From Octopus bimaculoides (Eukaryota), in assembly GCF_001194135.2 (NCBI RefSeq), contig NC_068981.1, positions 81,401,008 to 81,464,432 on the forward strand: 63,425 nt of DNA, given 5' to 3'. This document shows, in pieces, positions 25,950 through 37,721 of the stretch (the first letter of the stretch is position 1; each line of letters begins with the position of its first letter). Both the position numbers and the translations under genes were made by a program. A model generated the notes under the pieces. The model was not told where the DNA came from and did no database searches. It worked only from the letters and a program-made list of their open reading frames with translations.

Positions 25950-26712
25950 TGGGAACGAGAATGGGCCCCAACTATGTGAACCTATTCGTTGGCTACGTTG
26001 AGGCCCAAATATTCTCAAGTTTCACTAGTTCCACCCCCGAGCTATACGGCTGTTATATTGATGACTGTATCGGTGCGACCTCACTCTCCCACGAACATCT
26101 AGACTCCTTCCTCTCTTTTCTCAAATCTTTCCATCCTGCCCTCCACTTCTCCTGCACTATCTCTGACACTTCTGTCTCCTTTCTTGATATTTCATCACTC
26201 CTCTCTCACCACCTCCATCCACTACAAACACACAGACTCACACTCATACCTCANNNNNNNNNNCTGCACTATCTCTGACACTTCTGTCTCCTTTCTTGAT
26301 ATTTCATCACTCCTCTCTCACCACCTCCATCCACTACAAACACACAGACTCACACTCATACCTCAACTTCTCTTCCTCCCACCCTAAACACACCAAGCTC
26401 TCCATCCCCTATTCCCAATTCCTCCGTCTATGCAGGCTCTGCAGTGACGACCATAACTTTGAGACTCATTCTCAACTCATGGCTCGCCACTTCATCCTAC
26501 GTGGATATCCCCTCACCACAATCCACACCACCCTTGCCAGAGCACTTCCAGAGCAGAGTGGACCGTGCATCTGCTCTCTCCCCCTGCACCCACCCCACCA
26601 TCTCTCGTTTTCCCTCACCTACCACCTCACCACCCTACCTCGCCAACGCACCATTCTCCGAGCCTTCCAGCGACTCCAGTCCGACCCCTCCACTTTGCAC
26701 ATCTTCCCTAAC
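25950..26712 (+). mobile_element. Penelope-like RT core and thumb fragment
   Basis: GTRMGPNYVNLFVGYVE..YIDD..VSFLDI..SIHYKHTDSHSYLNFSSSHPKHTKLSIPYSQFLRLCRLCSDD..RGYP. Confidence 0.9.
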
Positions 26713-26914
26713 AATTGTAAGCATATAAATTATTTCACTATTATAATTTTCTTTTATATACAGCCACAAACTGTAGGTAATGAACTGGTAGTTATTAGTT
26801 AAATTCCCTTACAAAAATTGCTACAGTTATCTGAGTTCAAGCCCTGGTGTCAAAAATAAAGTAACTAGTCCTGTACTGGGGTCTTTTCCGAAGGAATTTT
26901 TTTTTTTTTTAACA

Positions 26915-27477
26915 GATACTTACTTCTTTGGAAACTTCATGGGCAGAGTCAGATAACAATTTTCATGAATCACATAAATCACATCATGTGGTTATTTTCT
27001 GTTGTCATGGAAGGTCATCCAGGTTTGAGATTGTCTTTCGTGGATGCTCTTCCTGATTTGAAATATCAATACCACTCACGACATTGCTCACAACTGAAAC
27101 AATTCTCTGATATTCATATCATAACATTAGAAAAGTCTTTGTAAGAACTTTTTCCCTAATGTGAAGCAGAATTTCACACGAACATGTTAGTCTCCCAAAT
27201 CCTTCATTGTTCAACTTGCAACAAATCACCAAGCACCCTAAAACATATGTTCACTCAGGTATATGTCAATCAAACACAAACTGATGTAGCATGACATGTC
27301 AATTATTAGACAGGTCAAGGTCAACCATGCACAGTGCTACAGGCATGAGTACACTGCCTCAGCTGATTGGCTATTTTAAAAGTTTGGTTTCCATTTGGAC
27401 AAATATGAAATTTGTATGGTGTAGTCTCTGTTTCATATAGAGTGGAAAAATATATAATATATTTTGCAGCTTGTAAC
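26915..27477 (-). mobile_element. Decayed mariner transposon, 5' part (HTH region)
   Basis: MKDL..VKFCFTLGK..QCREWY*YFKSGRASTKD..ENCYLT..HEVSKE resembles mariner N-terminal domains. Confidence 0.75.
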
Positions 27478-28777
27478 ACTGACGCTTTAAATAAATTATC
27501 TAAGAGAACACTAAGTCCTGAGATAAGAAAGATAAAGAAAGTAACTAATATTTAAAATTGTGCACAAGTATCATCACACAGGATAATAGCTGTATTCATA
27601 GACGTTAAGAGAGCTGATAACTATAGTAGAGACATAAAGTGCTTCTTTAATGTGTGGTATGTTTTTGTATATTATACAAATGTATACAAATGTATATTCC
27701 AAGACCATCCCTACACAATTATTTCAATTTCAGGTCATTTCGTTTACTACAAATTCAAAAACATAATTCAGTGTATGTAGTTTGTGGTTTTTATAAATAA
27801 AATCGTTACATACCATAGAAATTTTGATGGTTACAAATACAACACTTTTGGAATAGTATAGAGAAGTTAGACTGTCCACAAACTGTGATCCACCCCCCAC
27901 CTCTTTCTTACTCTCTCTTTCACTCATTATCGTCTTCCTCTTTTTCTCTTGTGTAGCTGTATCTTTTAACATTTTAGTTGCACCGCTTTAACCTTTTTAA
28001 CTGCTTTATCATTTATTCCGTGTACACACACACACACGGCTAGTCACGTATCCCATTTTTTTGTCACCTGGGGGGTCACAGATAGTGAGAAACTGTGTAG
28101 AGCAGAGAAAAATAATCAGATTTATACACACACATATATCATCATTATTGTTTGACTATTTATTTTTCCATACTTGCATGGGTCAAACAAAATTTGTTAT
28201 GCCATTATTTTTTTACAGATGGATACCCCTCCCTGTCGCCAGCTCTTACCTCTTTCTAAATTAGCTGATATTTTCTCTTGTCTGGACACATCTTCATAGA
28301 AAACTAGAAATGAGTGACACCATTTATGATTGTGACGCTAACAACTCTCACATGATGTTAAAACAAGGAACACACAAAATATATACACACACACATATAA
28401 TAAGAAGAAAGCACGTGTGGTATTCAAAGCTTTGTAGAACATACATGTGTGGCAGCAAAATGCTGAAATAATTACATGGCCATAATAGAACATTATGCAA
28501 TCATGCATTTTGCTGACGTGTGTATGTCCTTTGAATATGGCCTTTGACCTGTGTGTATGTCTTTTGACATGTGTGTATGTCCTTTGGCATATGTATATGG
28601 CTTTGAATACCACACCCATTTTCAGTTTATTTTTCCGGTTATTTGGCTTGTATACCATACTCTAAACTAGCCTGAATTTAGTGTACTACGCTCAATGTTG
28701 GAATGCAGCATGGAACCCAATACGGAGCCTGATTTTGGTTGCATGTCACACTTTACTGTGCCCTCTTCTTTTGATAC

Positions 28778-28809
<32 letters not shown>

Positions 28810-29344
28810 ACCGTAAAAACCCATGTAATTTACGTAGGTGATTTTCAGGATAAAATTTGTTTAAAAAAAGCTATCCGTGTAAAATTTGCACCCAAACGTT
28901 TTCAGAATTGCCAATATGACCAGGGGGAAAAGGTTTTCAATTTAGTTCACAAAAACAATATTTATATATCACCTGATGAAACACAAGATCTCATAATACA
29001 GGGAAATGCTTACATAACCAAATACCTGTGAAACTGGAGAACTACACTGCATGGAAACAATTGTAGTAATTACAAATAAATGTTCCTCTGTACTCCTTCT
29101 TGTTGATTTCAACTTATTCAATTATTTACACACACACACACACACACATGATAGAATTTCCTGTTGAAGACAACATATTAGTGTTCAGCTTTTTCTGAAT
29201 GAACTGCATAATTGATTTGTTTATAATAATCAAAATGTACATGCTATACATTAGTTCATTCCCTCAACAAAGCACGTGTTAGTTTTGCCATTCTCTCTAA
29301 TGCTTCAGTGATTTCACATGAGCACACCATCGATCATGGTCCCC

Positions 29345-29612
29345 CATGCAGGTTCTTAATTCAACATTTGCCATTCCACTGTCCTAAGTAAGTTGTCCAT
29401 GTAGGTTGGATGTTTTTTTCCCCTGTTGATTCTTCCTTCAATTGACTGCCATAAGACAGCTGGCACCAAGGTTCTTCTGGGTACCTGATGCAATGACCAG
29501 CAATTCTCATTCTTCTCTGCTGAATCTTCTCAGTCATTTCAGGTAGATCTTGATAAAGTTGCTCATTGGTTAAATGAGCTCTCCATGTAACATTCAGAGC
29601 CATTCTTAACAT
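29345..29612 (-). mobile_element. RTE-group LINE 3' end
   Basis: MLRMALNVTWRAHLTNEQLYQDLPEMTEKIQQRRMRIAGHCIRYPEEP. Confidence 0.75.
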
Positions 29613-30404
29613 TCTGTTTAAAAAGAAAAAAAAGGTAAAGTTACCTTTTCGAGTCATACCAACTCATAAGGGCCCGTTTTTCAGTTTCATGGCATATATA
29701 TTCTCCACCTGGATGGGATGACAGTCCATCACAGGATTACTCATTTTTGCCAGCTGAGTGGAATGGAGCAACATAAAATGAGGTGTTTCACTCATGAACA
29801 CAATGCATTGCCCAGTCCAGGAATCGAAACCAAAGTCTTACGAGCATGAGTCCAATACCCTAGCCACTAAGCCATGTGCCTCCAGACATTCTTGTATAGC
29901 AGACGTCTACTTGTTTTTCAAGCTTTTTGGTGAGGGTCCAAGTTTCAGCATAGGTGTTGAAGTAATTGCAGAGCAATGTAAGATAAAGTGTTTTGCTCAA
30001 GAACACAATGTACTAATTGGTCTAGGAATTGAAACCACAATCTCACAATAATAAGTGCAACACACACACACCACCACCACCAACAACAACAACATTCTTT
30101 CAGCTCCTTTCAGCCAAATCCACAAAAGGAAGGACATCCAACCATAGAAACCAAGCCAAATAATGCATATGAAAACCAGTTAAAGAAGTAGTGACTCTCA
30201 GTAGGAAATGATTTGGACCAGCATGTCCCATCCAACTCATGCCAGCATGGAAAGCAAGGTGTAAAATAATGATGATGATTGATGATAATTATATACACAC
30301 GCATTGTATGGGTCAAAGTCTGTGTATAGAGTTTATGTTTACCAGTGCAAAAGCCAATGTTCTGTCTATAAGTAACTTGGCAATTCAATAAAGTATAAAA
30401 TAAT

Positions 30405-30792
30405 AAAAGAAGAACCTCACAGTATGAGTGCACCATTGTACGAGTAATTTGCTGTACGAGCCGAGACTTGTGTGAATTTTTGTCTTGAAGTACAAGCGGA
30501 AATCTGCAGTACGAGCACATAAATCGTCCATCTTTAAGGTAATTCAGTTAATAAAACAAGTTTACACATTTCTTTTGCATTCTCTTTTTTATAATTATCA
30601 TTTTACTTGTAACTACACCTTTACTGTTTTAAAACCGATAAAAAATTATTTTTGAGTGGTTTTGGGGAGGCTGGAACGGATTAATTATATTTTAGTTAAT
30701 TTCAATGGAGAAAATTGATTTGTAAAACGAGTAAATCATAAGACGAGCTTGGTCATGGAACAAATTAAACTCATATTGCAAGGTATCACTAT
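30405..30792. mobile_element. Tigger/pogo-like MITE remnant
   Basis: gaacctcacagtatgag ... ctcatattgcaaggtatcacta inverted ends; repeated tacgag motifs. Confidence 0.45.
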
Positions 30793-30907
30793 ACAAGTTT
30801 TAAAAGTTTACCCCAAGTTGACATGATTGATTAAAACACAAAAAGGCAGGATTATATCAAAGCTACAAACTAGATGTTGAACCAATGTGTAGGCATAGCT
30901 CCGTTCC

Positions 30908-31286
30908 GTTGGCACTCTGTCGCTTACGACATCGAGGGTTCCTGTTGATCCGATCAATGGAACAGCCTGCTCGTGAAATTAATGTGCAAGTGGCTGAGCA
31001 CTCCACAGACACGTGTACCCTTAACGTAGTTCTTGGGGATATTCAGCGTGACACAGTGTGACAAGGCTGACCCTTTGGATTACAGGCACAACAGAAACAG
31101 GAAGTAAGAGTGAGAGAAAGTTGTGGTGAAAAAGTACAGCAGGGTTCGCCACCATCCCCTGCCAGAGCCTTGTGGAGCTTTAGGTGTTTTCACTCAATAA
31201 ACACTCACAACGCCCGGTCTGGGAATCGAAACCGCGATCCTATGACTGCGAGTCCGCTGCCCTAACCACTGGGCCATTGCGCCTCC
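30908..31286 (-). mobile_element. SINE family A
   Basis: Full length; TSD aggcatagct / aggcacagct. Confidence 0.9.
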
Positions 31287-32254
31287 AGGCACAGCTAAAC
31301 ACTAGTTAAAAAAAAACATGTGGTTAAGAAGCTTCCTTCATAACAACATGTTTACAGGTTCAATTTCACTGCACAGTACCTCGGGCAACTGTCTTCTACT
31401 ATAGCCCCTAACCAATGCCTTGTGAATTTGGTAGAGATGAAAACTGTGTGGAAGCTTTTCGTGTAGGTTTGTGTGTGTCTCCTCAGCACTGCTTGACAAC
31501 CAGTGTTGGTTTCTTTATATCCCAGTAACTTAGTAGTTCATCAAAAGAGACTGATAGAATAAATAACAGACTTAAATATAAGTACTGGAGTTAATTTATT
31601 TGATTAAACTGTACAAGGCAGTGCTCCAGCATGGCAGCAGTCCAATGACTGAAACAAGTAAAAAATGCTTATGCATACACATACACAAACTGACATACAT
31701 ACATGAACACATACATACATACAACACACACACACATGTATGTGGGTGTAAGAAACGAGAAAAGAGAAGCTGCTGGAATGTCCAATGATTTCAACAGAAA
31801 TTGAAAGTATTTCCTCAAATGCCAAGTATATAGGAAATGTGTTACAGTAACTATTTTGTTTCTGATAACAGTAACACTATAGAGCTTGTTATGTTTATGA
31901 GAGAGAGAGAGAGAGAGAGCATATTTGTGTGTCTGTATATGCATGTACTGCATGCATGCATGCATGCGTGTGTGTGTGAGAGAGAGAGAGAGAGATGTAA
32001 TGATATATATGTATGTAAATAGATAGAGGTGACAGACAGATAGATAGGCAGACAGACAGATGAATAGTAAAGAGAAAAATTAAGAAAAGATAGAACATCT
32101 TTATGAATGTGGGGTCTAACTGTGATTCCGTATTACAGTGAGTAACAAATAAAAGGAGCTTTGATGAAAGAACAAAGATGGAGTTATTTACTGTCTGGTA
32201 GTATTTCTACTTTTGATATCATATGAGAGATAGTACTTCTCATTTTCCACTTTC

Positions 32255-32490
32255 TCCACCTGTGGCAGAATGCATGACAACATGAGACAATTGCCTACAC
32301 AGTATTCAATTTTTGGCAAGAGCATTCAAGGAAACTATGTCAAGAACTACCCATGCTGTGATGTTAGTTATATGTCTATCTCTTAGGATGCTAACCTCCA
32401 TTTCTCTTTCCTTTAATCATGCCTTCCAAACAGATTCTGCAGATCCCACAAACCATTTGCTTAATGTGGCCAAGTCAGTTTCAGTATTCT
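32255..32490 (-). mobile_element. Decayed RTE LINE 3' end
   Basis: Resembles LKLxYFGHI..LEGMIKGKR..NITAWV. Confidence 0.5.
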
Positions 32491-33805
32491 ATTTCTAATG
32501 GCAGAAGTGATTGGTGGTAATTTGTTTGGGATATGACATTAAACTGTTGATCTGGTGGTGAGACTCCAGTTTGGGAATTCTGGAGTTTTTGATAGAGTGG
32601 AGTCACTCCTTAATTACTATTACTCATTCCCAGGTCTGTTCTGACCTGAAGCAGTAGTACCTGTTAGGATCCCAACTATGGGTTAAATAGATTTTTGTAA
32701 GAGTAGTTTGAGCTCCTTAGCTGTGGTGAAGGCAATCAACTTAGGAGAAGGAGAATTCCAAAATTAACACCTTCCAATATGCCCTAAGCCAATATGGAAA
32801 AGTATGGTTGATCAAACTAATATGAGGTATTTCCATTAACATAGTCCTTCTATGTACATCAAACATCTCCCATACAGAAATATAAACATTCAGTGGATGC
32901 TCCATCGATTTTCACAAATAGCTTTCAGCTTTTCACTGGGCTAAATGTTCATCCTGTTAAATTAACATCTAAGTGGCTGAGGACTCCACAGGCAAGTGTA
33001 CTCTTAACATATGTCCCAAGCTGAATCAGCATGATTCAATGTATGTGTGACAAGGTTGGACTTACAAATTATGTATACAATAAATTTGCTGGGTTTCTGT
33101 CTACTCAGTTTTCCTCACAAGGTTTCATGTAAACTCAAGGTTATTGTAAACATACTTACCCAATATGCCATACAGTATAATTGAAACCAAGACCCCATGA
33201 TTATAAAACAAACTTCTTAATCGCTGTCATACCTGCAACTCAATGTGTGTGTGTGGGGGGTGGTGGGGGTGCATGTATCTAGACAAGCATAAACACAATG
33301 AATGTGAAAGTCAAGATAATTGTTTTACAGATTAAAGAGTTTATCATTTTCAATTCTTACTACAACCATTGCCTTGTGCTCTTGAATAAATCTCATAAAC
33401 TCTCTCTCTCACCACACACACACACAATGTTTATGGTTGTCTATTGACACTGATGATGACAATTTTCTTACACATACACATGATTATTTACATTTATCTT
33501 GTTTTTCTCTTGATATGTGTATTCGTGTATGCACGTCTGTGTGCATGTTTCTCTTTCATGTCTGCATATGTATTTAAGTGCATGTGTATGTGCTTCTCTG
33601 TATGCAAGTGTGTATGTGTTTGTGGTGTGTGTGTGTGTGTGTCCACGTGTGTGGAGCATGTGCGTGTGCATATGCACATGTATTTGTGTGTATGCATGCG
33701 TGTTAGCATTAGAACTAAAATATACTAATATAGTGATGTGGATATAAGCTGAAGAAACAGTCTATAGAGAATTGAATTCTTTCTCCTTGAATTCGTTTGT
33801 CACTG

Positions 33806-34700
33806 TTTTGAGGAATTTCAACCATGTTTCGTGGTCTGCTACCACAACAGCTCCTTTATAGGATCCAGTTAGCTGAAGACATCATCAGGAGGAACCACAT
33901 CCGGTTTCGGCCCCTACTCCTCTACCGTTTTGACGTGGCGGGGCCCCTCCTTTCGGAGGTGTCTTCAGCTCTGGTGTTGGGTGCATGTCTTCTTTCACTG
34001 TTTGTGACTGTTCTAATTCAACTGTGGAATGTCCCTCGCTATGGTTATTTTCCAGGAGGTTTTGGCCACACGTCTTACGGTTCATCAACCCGCGTTGTTG
34101 AATTACTTTCTTCTGACATACCTTCCCTTGGTGGATTAGNNNNNNNNNNNNNNNNNNNNNNNNNNNNNNNNNNNNNNNNNNNNNNNNNNNNNNNNNNNNN
34201 NNNNNNNNNNNNNNNNNNNNNNNNNNNNNNNNNNNNNNNNNNNNNNNNNTTTTGAGGAATTTCAACCATGTTTCGTGGTCTGCTACCACAACAGCTCCTT
34301 TATAGGATCCAGTTAGCTGAAGACATCATCAGGAGGAACCACATCCGGTTTCGGCCCCTACTCCTCTACCGTTTTGACGTGGCGGGGCCCCTCCTTTCGG
34401 AGGTGTCTTCAGCTCTGGTGTTGGGTGCATGTCTTCTTTCTTCTATTCCCTGGCCTCTTCGATGCAGCATCAACGAGTGTCAGCGTCCAACTGATCGTCG
34501 TGTCAAGTTCCCCTTTTTATATCTGCTGCTAGGCTCCAGCAGGCAGCCCCAGCTAGTTGTCACGTGACACTGTCTAAATTTCCCGCTGCTAGGGTCCAGT
34601 AGGCAGCACCAGCAAGTTGTCACATGACACTGTCTAAACTTCCCGCTGCTAGGCTCCAGCAAGTAGCTCCAGAAAGTTGTCACATGACACTGTCTGAACA
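33806..34700 (-). mobile_element. Unclassified element with 191-bp identical direct repeats, TATA box and upstream tandem repeats (PLE pseudo-LTR- or retrozyme-like)
   Basis: 33806-33996 equals 34250-34440 (offset 444, spanning an N gap); TATAAAAAGGGG on minus at ~34510-34521. Confidence 0.5.
34524..34696. repeat. 60-bp tandem repeat, about 3 copies
   Basis: Period-60 unit gctgctaggctccagcaggcagcaccagcaagttgtcacatgacactgtctaaa..; each unit has a CACGTG/CACATG E-box. Confidence 0.9.
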
Positions 34701-35122
34701 ACAATGCAGAATAATAATCACAAAGAATGAATTCTAAGTTTTCACAAAAAGACAGTAAAATAGGATTCTAAATCCACAGAATTAGTGCTGAATTTGAATT
34801 GAAATAGCTGTATGCTTCTTATGTAAATATTTCTCATGATTAAATTGTCAGGAAAAAGGATTGCCACTGCAAGGCCACCTTCTTAATATTTTTCTTTACT
34901 TAATTCAGGCACAACCACCACAAGGTTCAGTCCATGTTACTGTGAGGTGGCTTATGTGCCTCAAAGACACTGAATCATTGCTGTGTTAAAGTATGGGCAC
35001 ACTGGGCCTAAGGAGCCCAGTTCTGATCCATGTACAGTCATGGCCAAAGGTTTGGAACATATTTTAAAAATTAAAATTGTTATGCCCAAGTACAATTCAA
35101 TTCAAATATATACAATGTATAT

Positions 35123-35457
35123 AGGATAAAGACCCCCTTAGGTCATGTATGATCATGGGATTGCACCTAGAAGGTTCCCCTCCAAGGCATAATTCCTGGC
35201 AAAGTTGTTTATGGGAGACCAGCAGTTGCCGATGCATACAGCCTTCCCTCCCCTTGCCACTGATGTTATCCAAGGAAAAGACAAAGGCCAATACAGCTTG
35301 GCACCAGTGATGACGCAATTTATTTCTGCAGATGAATAAACTGGAGCAACGTGAAATAAAGTGTCTTGCTCAAGAACACAACACACAGCCCGGTCTGGAA
35401 ATCAAACTCACTACCTCACAATTACGAGCCTGACACTCTAATCACTGAGCGATGGGG
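35123..35457 (-). mobile_element. SINE family C
   Basis: Colinear with 9725-10070. Confidence 0.75.
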
Positions 35458-36356
35458 CATTTAATATTAAAATTCTAATTTTCATACCTATGCTCCAAAC
35501 TTTTGGCCAAGTAATAATATATTGCAAATTAAATATAACTGGGCATTTAATGTGAAAATTCCAATTTTCATACCTATGTTCCAAACTTTTGGCCATGACT
35601 GCATACTGTGGCTTACACTCAATAAATAATATAGGCCTCAGTGTAGTGATTTATCTGCAGGCCTATAATGCTGTTGAGATGGCTCTGCACTGAAAGCTAT
35701 ACCAGTGGAACACAAACTCTTAGTAGAGCCTACTATGCTGGACAGGTTCAAAGTAAAGAGGCTAGACTAATATGGACCACCACTTCCCAGAGGTAAAAAT
35801 GGGTTTGTAGAGGGCCAACACCCCTAGCTAGAAAAATGCAAACTTACAGAAGCATCAATGACAATTCAAAACCAATGAGACCTGGAAGAAAGCTTTCCCT
35901 CGGGGATGAAACATGAAGGATATTACAGGTAATGCAGGTGGTAAGGATTTAATTGGAGAGAAGCAGAAATAACATCCCAGACTCTAGAACAGTGAAGAAA
36001 AGTCATTGAAAGAAAGGCTTAACTATTATTATATCTGAAATTCTCAAAACTGCCTATTTTTTAAATCTTTACTGGTTCCATAAGTACCAGTAATACAATG
36101 GAGCTAGTGAAATAACTGTAATTTTTAAGCAGATATTTGGAACATAAATTGACATAGAATTTTGATGGAAAGATTTAATTTAAATCATTTTAAAACAAGA
36201 AGTTTGCATCATAGAACTCTTCTAGTCTCAGGCACGATGGTATCAAAAGAGTTAAAAGCAAGACTTGTAGCTACAAATACTATCAATATATTTGTTGTTT
36301 CTTCAACGTAAAGACAGGGTCAACCTTACTTAACAACCAAAGCTGACTTTACTTAC

Positions 36357-36374
36357 CTGCTGAGAGGATATCAG
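36357..36374 (-). CDS. Candidate 18-nt micro-exon
   Basis: tttaactacatttag|CTGATATCCTCTCAGCAG|gtaagt. Confidence 0.3.
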
Positions 36375-36966
36375 CTAAATGTAGTTAAACAACCATAAAA
36401 ATCTATCCAGTTCAGTACATGAGAAGCTTTTAACCTTTAAAATTTTACATGTGTAGTCAATATTACAAATGAAATATATATTACCTATATAGCTCAAAGA
36501 TCTTGGTTCAGCACACATGAAATAATGTTCTTCTTGATGTCATTATCAATTATTCATATTTTTAAAATTAATGTGAAAGACAGGTAACCTTAGGAACATC
36601 TTTTTTTATATTTGCCTATATCCCATGAAGACCATCTAATCTTGGCTTATAAATTCTATATTTAGTGCTTTCCTTTTTGTGTAGCACTTCCTTGTCATGG
36701 GAAATATGTTATATTTTGCCTTACATAAAAGAACAAAAAATGAAAAACAAATTTCAAGCAATAAAATAAAGACTGAAAGAAAAAAGGGAAAAAACATAAC
36801 AGAACAGTTCACAAATCCTTCCTTCCTCCCTACCTTCCCCTAGCTCTAAAGTCTAGTAATACCCTGTTGAATAATAATAAATAAAACTGAAGGATAACAA
36901 TGTGGCACTCCTTAGCAGTTGACCTACTTCTCTTGGTGACCTTGGGCTGAAATAATAAACACTTAC

Positions 36967-37018
36967 TTGGTGGTGCCTACTTTGCTTTGTAGTAAAGGAG
37001 TGCAGGAAAATCTTTCAA
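36967..37018 (-). CDS. Candidate 52-nt exon
   Basis: aatcacttcag|...CCAA|gtaagt; one open frame xERFSCTPLLQSKVGTT. Confidence 0.3.
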
Positions 37019-37619
37019 CTGAAGTGATTAACACCACAACCACCATCAAAACTGCCACTGCTGCCAGTATTATGATTGTTGTTGCTATTCCGGTTGAAAG
37101 GAGGAATCAGTGGAATGTCAGACTAAGTGTCTTGTATTAGTTAATTTCTGTATTTTAATTTCAAGTCCCACTTTATTTGCTATCATTGCTGGGATCAGCG
37201 AAGTAAGTACCAGTAATATATTGTGAATTTATTATAAATCTGCTAGGCCTTTCCTTGCAAAATGCGTTGCACTTGGATTGGCAAACTCATTAAAGTGATG
37301 GACGAAATGAAATACCTAGTGGTATTTGTTACAGGTTACATTCTGGTTTCAAATCTCACCTAAGTCAACTTTGCCTTTCATTCTTCCAGAATTGATAAAT
37401 AAAGTTGATAAATAAAGCAAGTACAGCTGTGTATTTAAGAAGCTTGCTTTGCAACCACATGATTTTATGGGTCAGTGCTACTGAGTGAGACCTTGGGCAA
37501 GTGTTGTCAATCCTCATTAATATTTCCTTCAAGACTAGACATGTTTTTCGTGAAAGACAGGGTCCACCCCAAAAAACCATGCCCTATATAAATTTTTTTG
37601 AGCAGTAATATATAATATT

Positions 37620-37650
<31 letters not shown>

Positions 37651-37685
37651 CTCTCATCACCCAACGAACTTTTCTTTCTGTGTTC

Positions 37686-37721
37686 CTTTCTGTGGAAGAG
37701 CGTAGGCTCGAAACGTTAAAG
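37686..37721 (+). ncRNA. Non-canonical minimal type I hammerhead in a short repeat (37647-37786)
   Basis: cttt CTGTGGA A GAGC-gtag-GCTC GAAA CG T T aaag; helix I 4 bp, helix II 4 bp, palindromic ACGU helix III. Confidence 0.55.

Noticed and set aside
26154-26363. 110-bp-period tandem duplication within the PLE RT
   Set aside because: The two copies straddle a 10-N gap; most likely an unmerged contig overlap.
33806-33996. Canonical hammerhead or HDV ribozyme call in repeat X
   Set aside because: No arrangement gave complete helix I, core and UH together, or HDV P3/J4/2; reported only as structured RNA.
34524-34696. 60-bp periodic repeat as a CRISPR array
   Set aside because: Whole units are similar, with no unique spacers or cas genes; animal genomic context.
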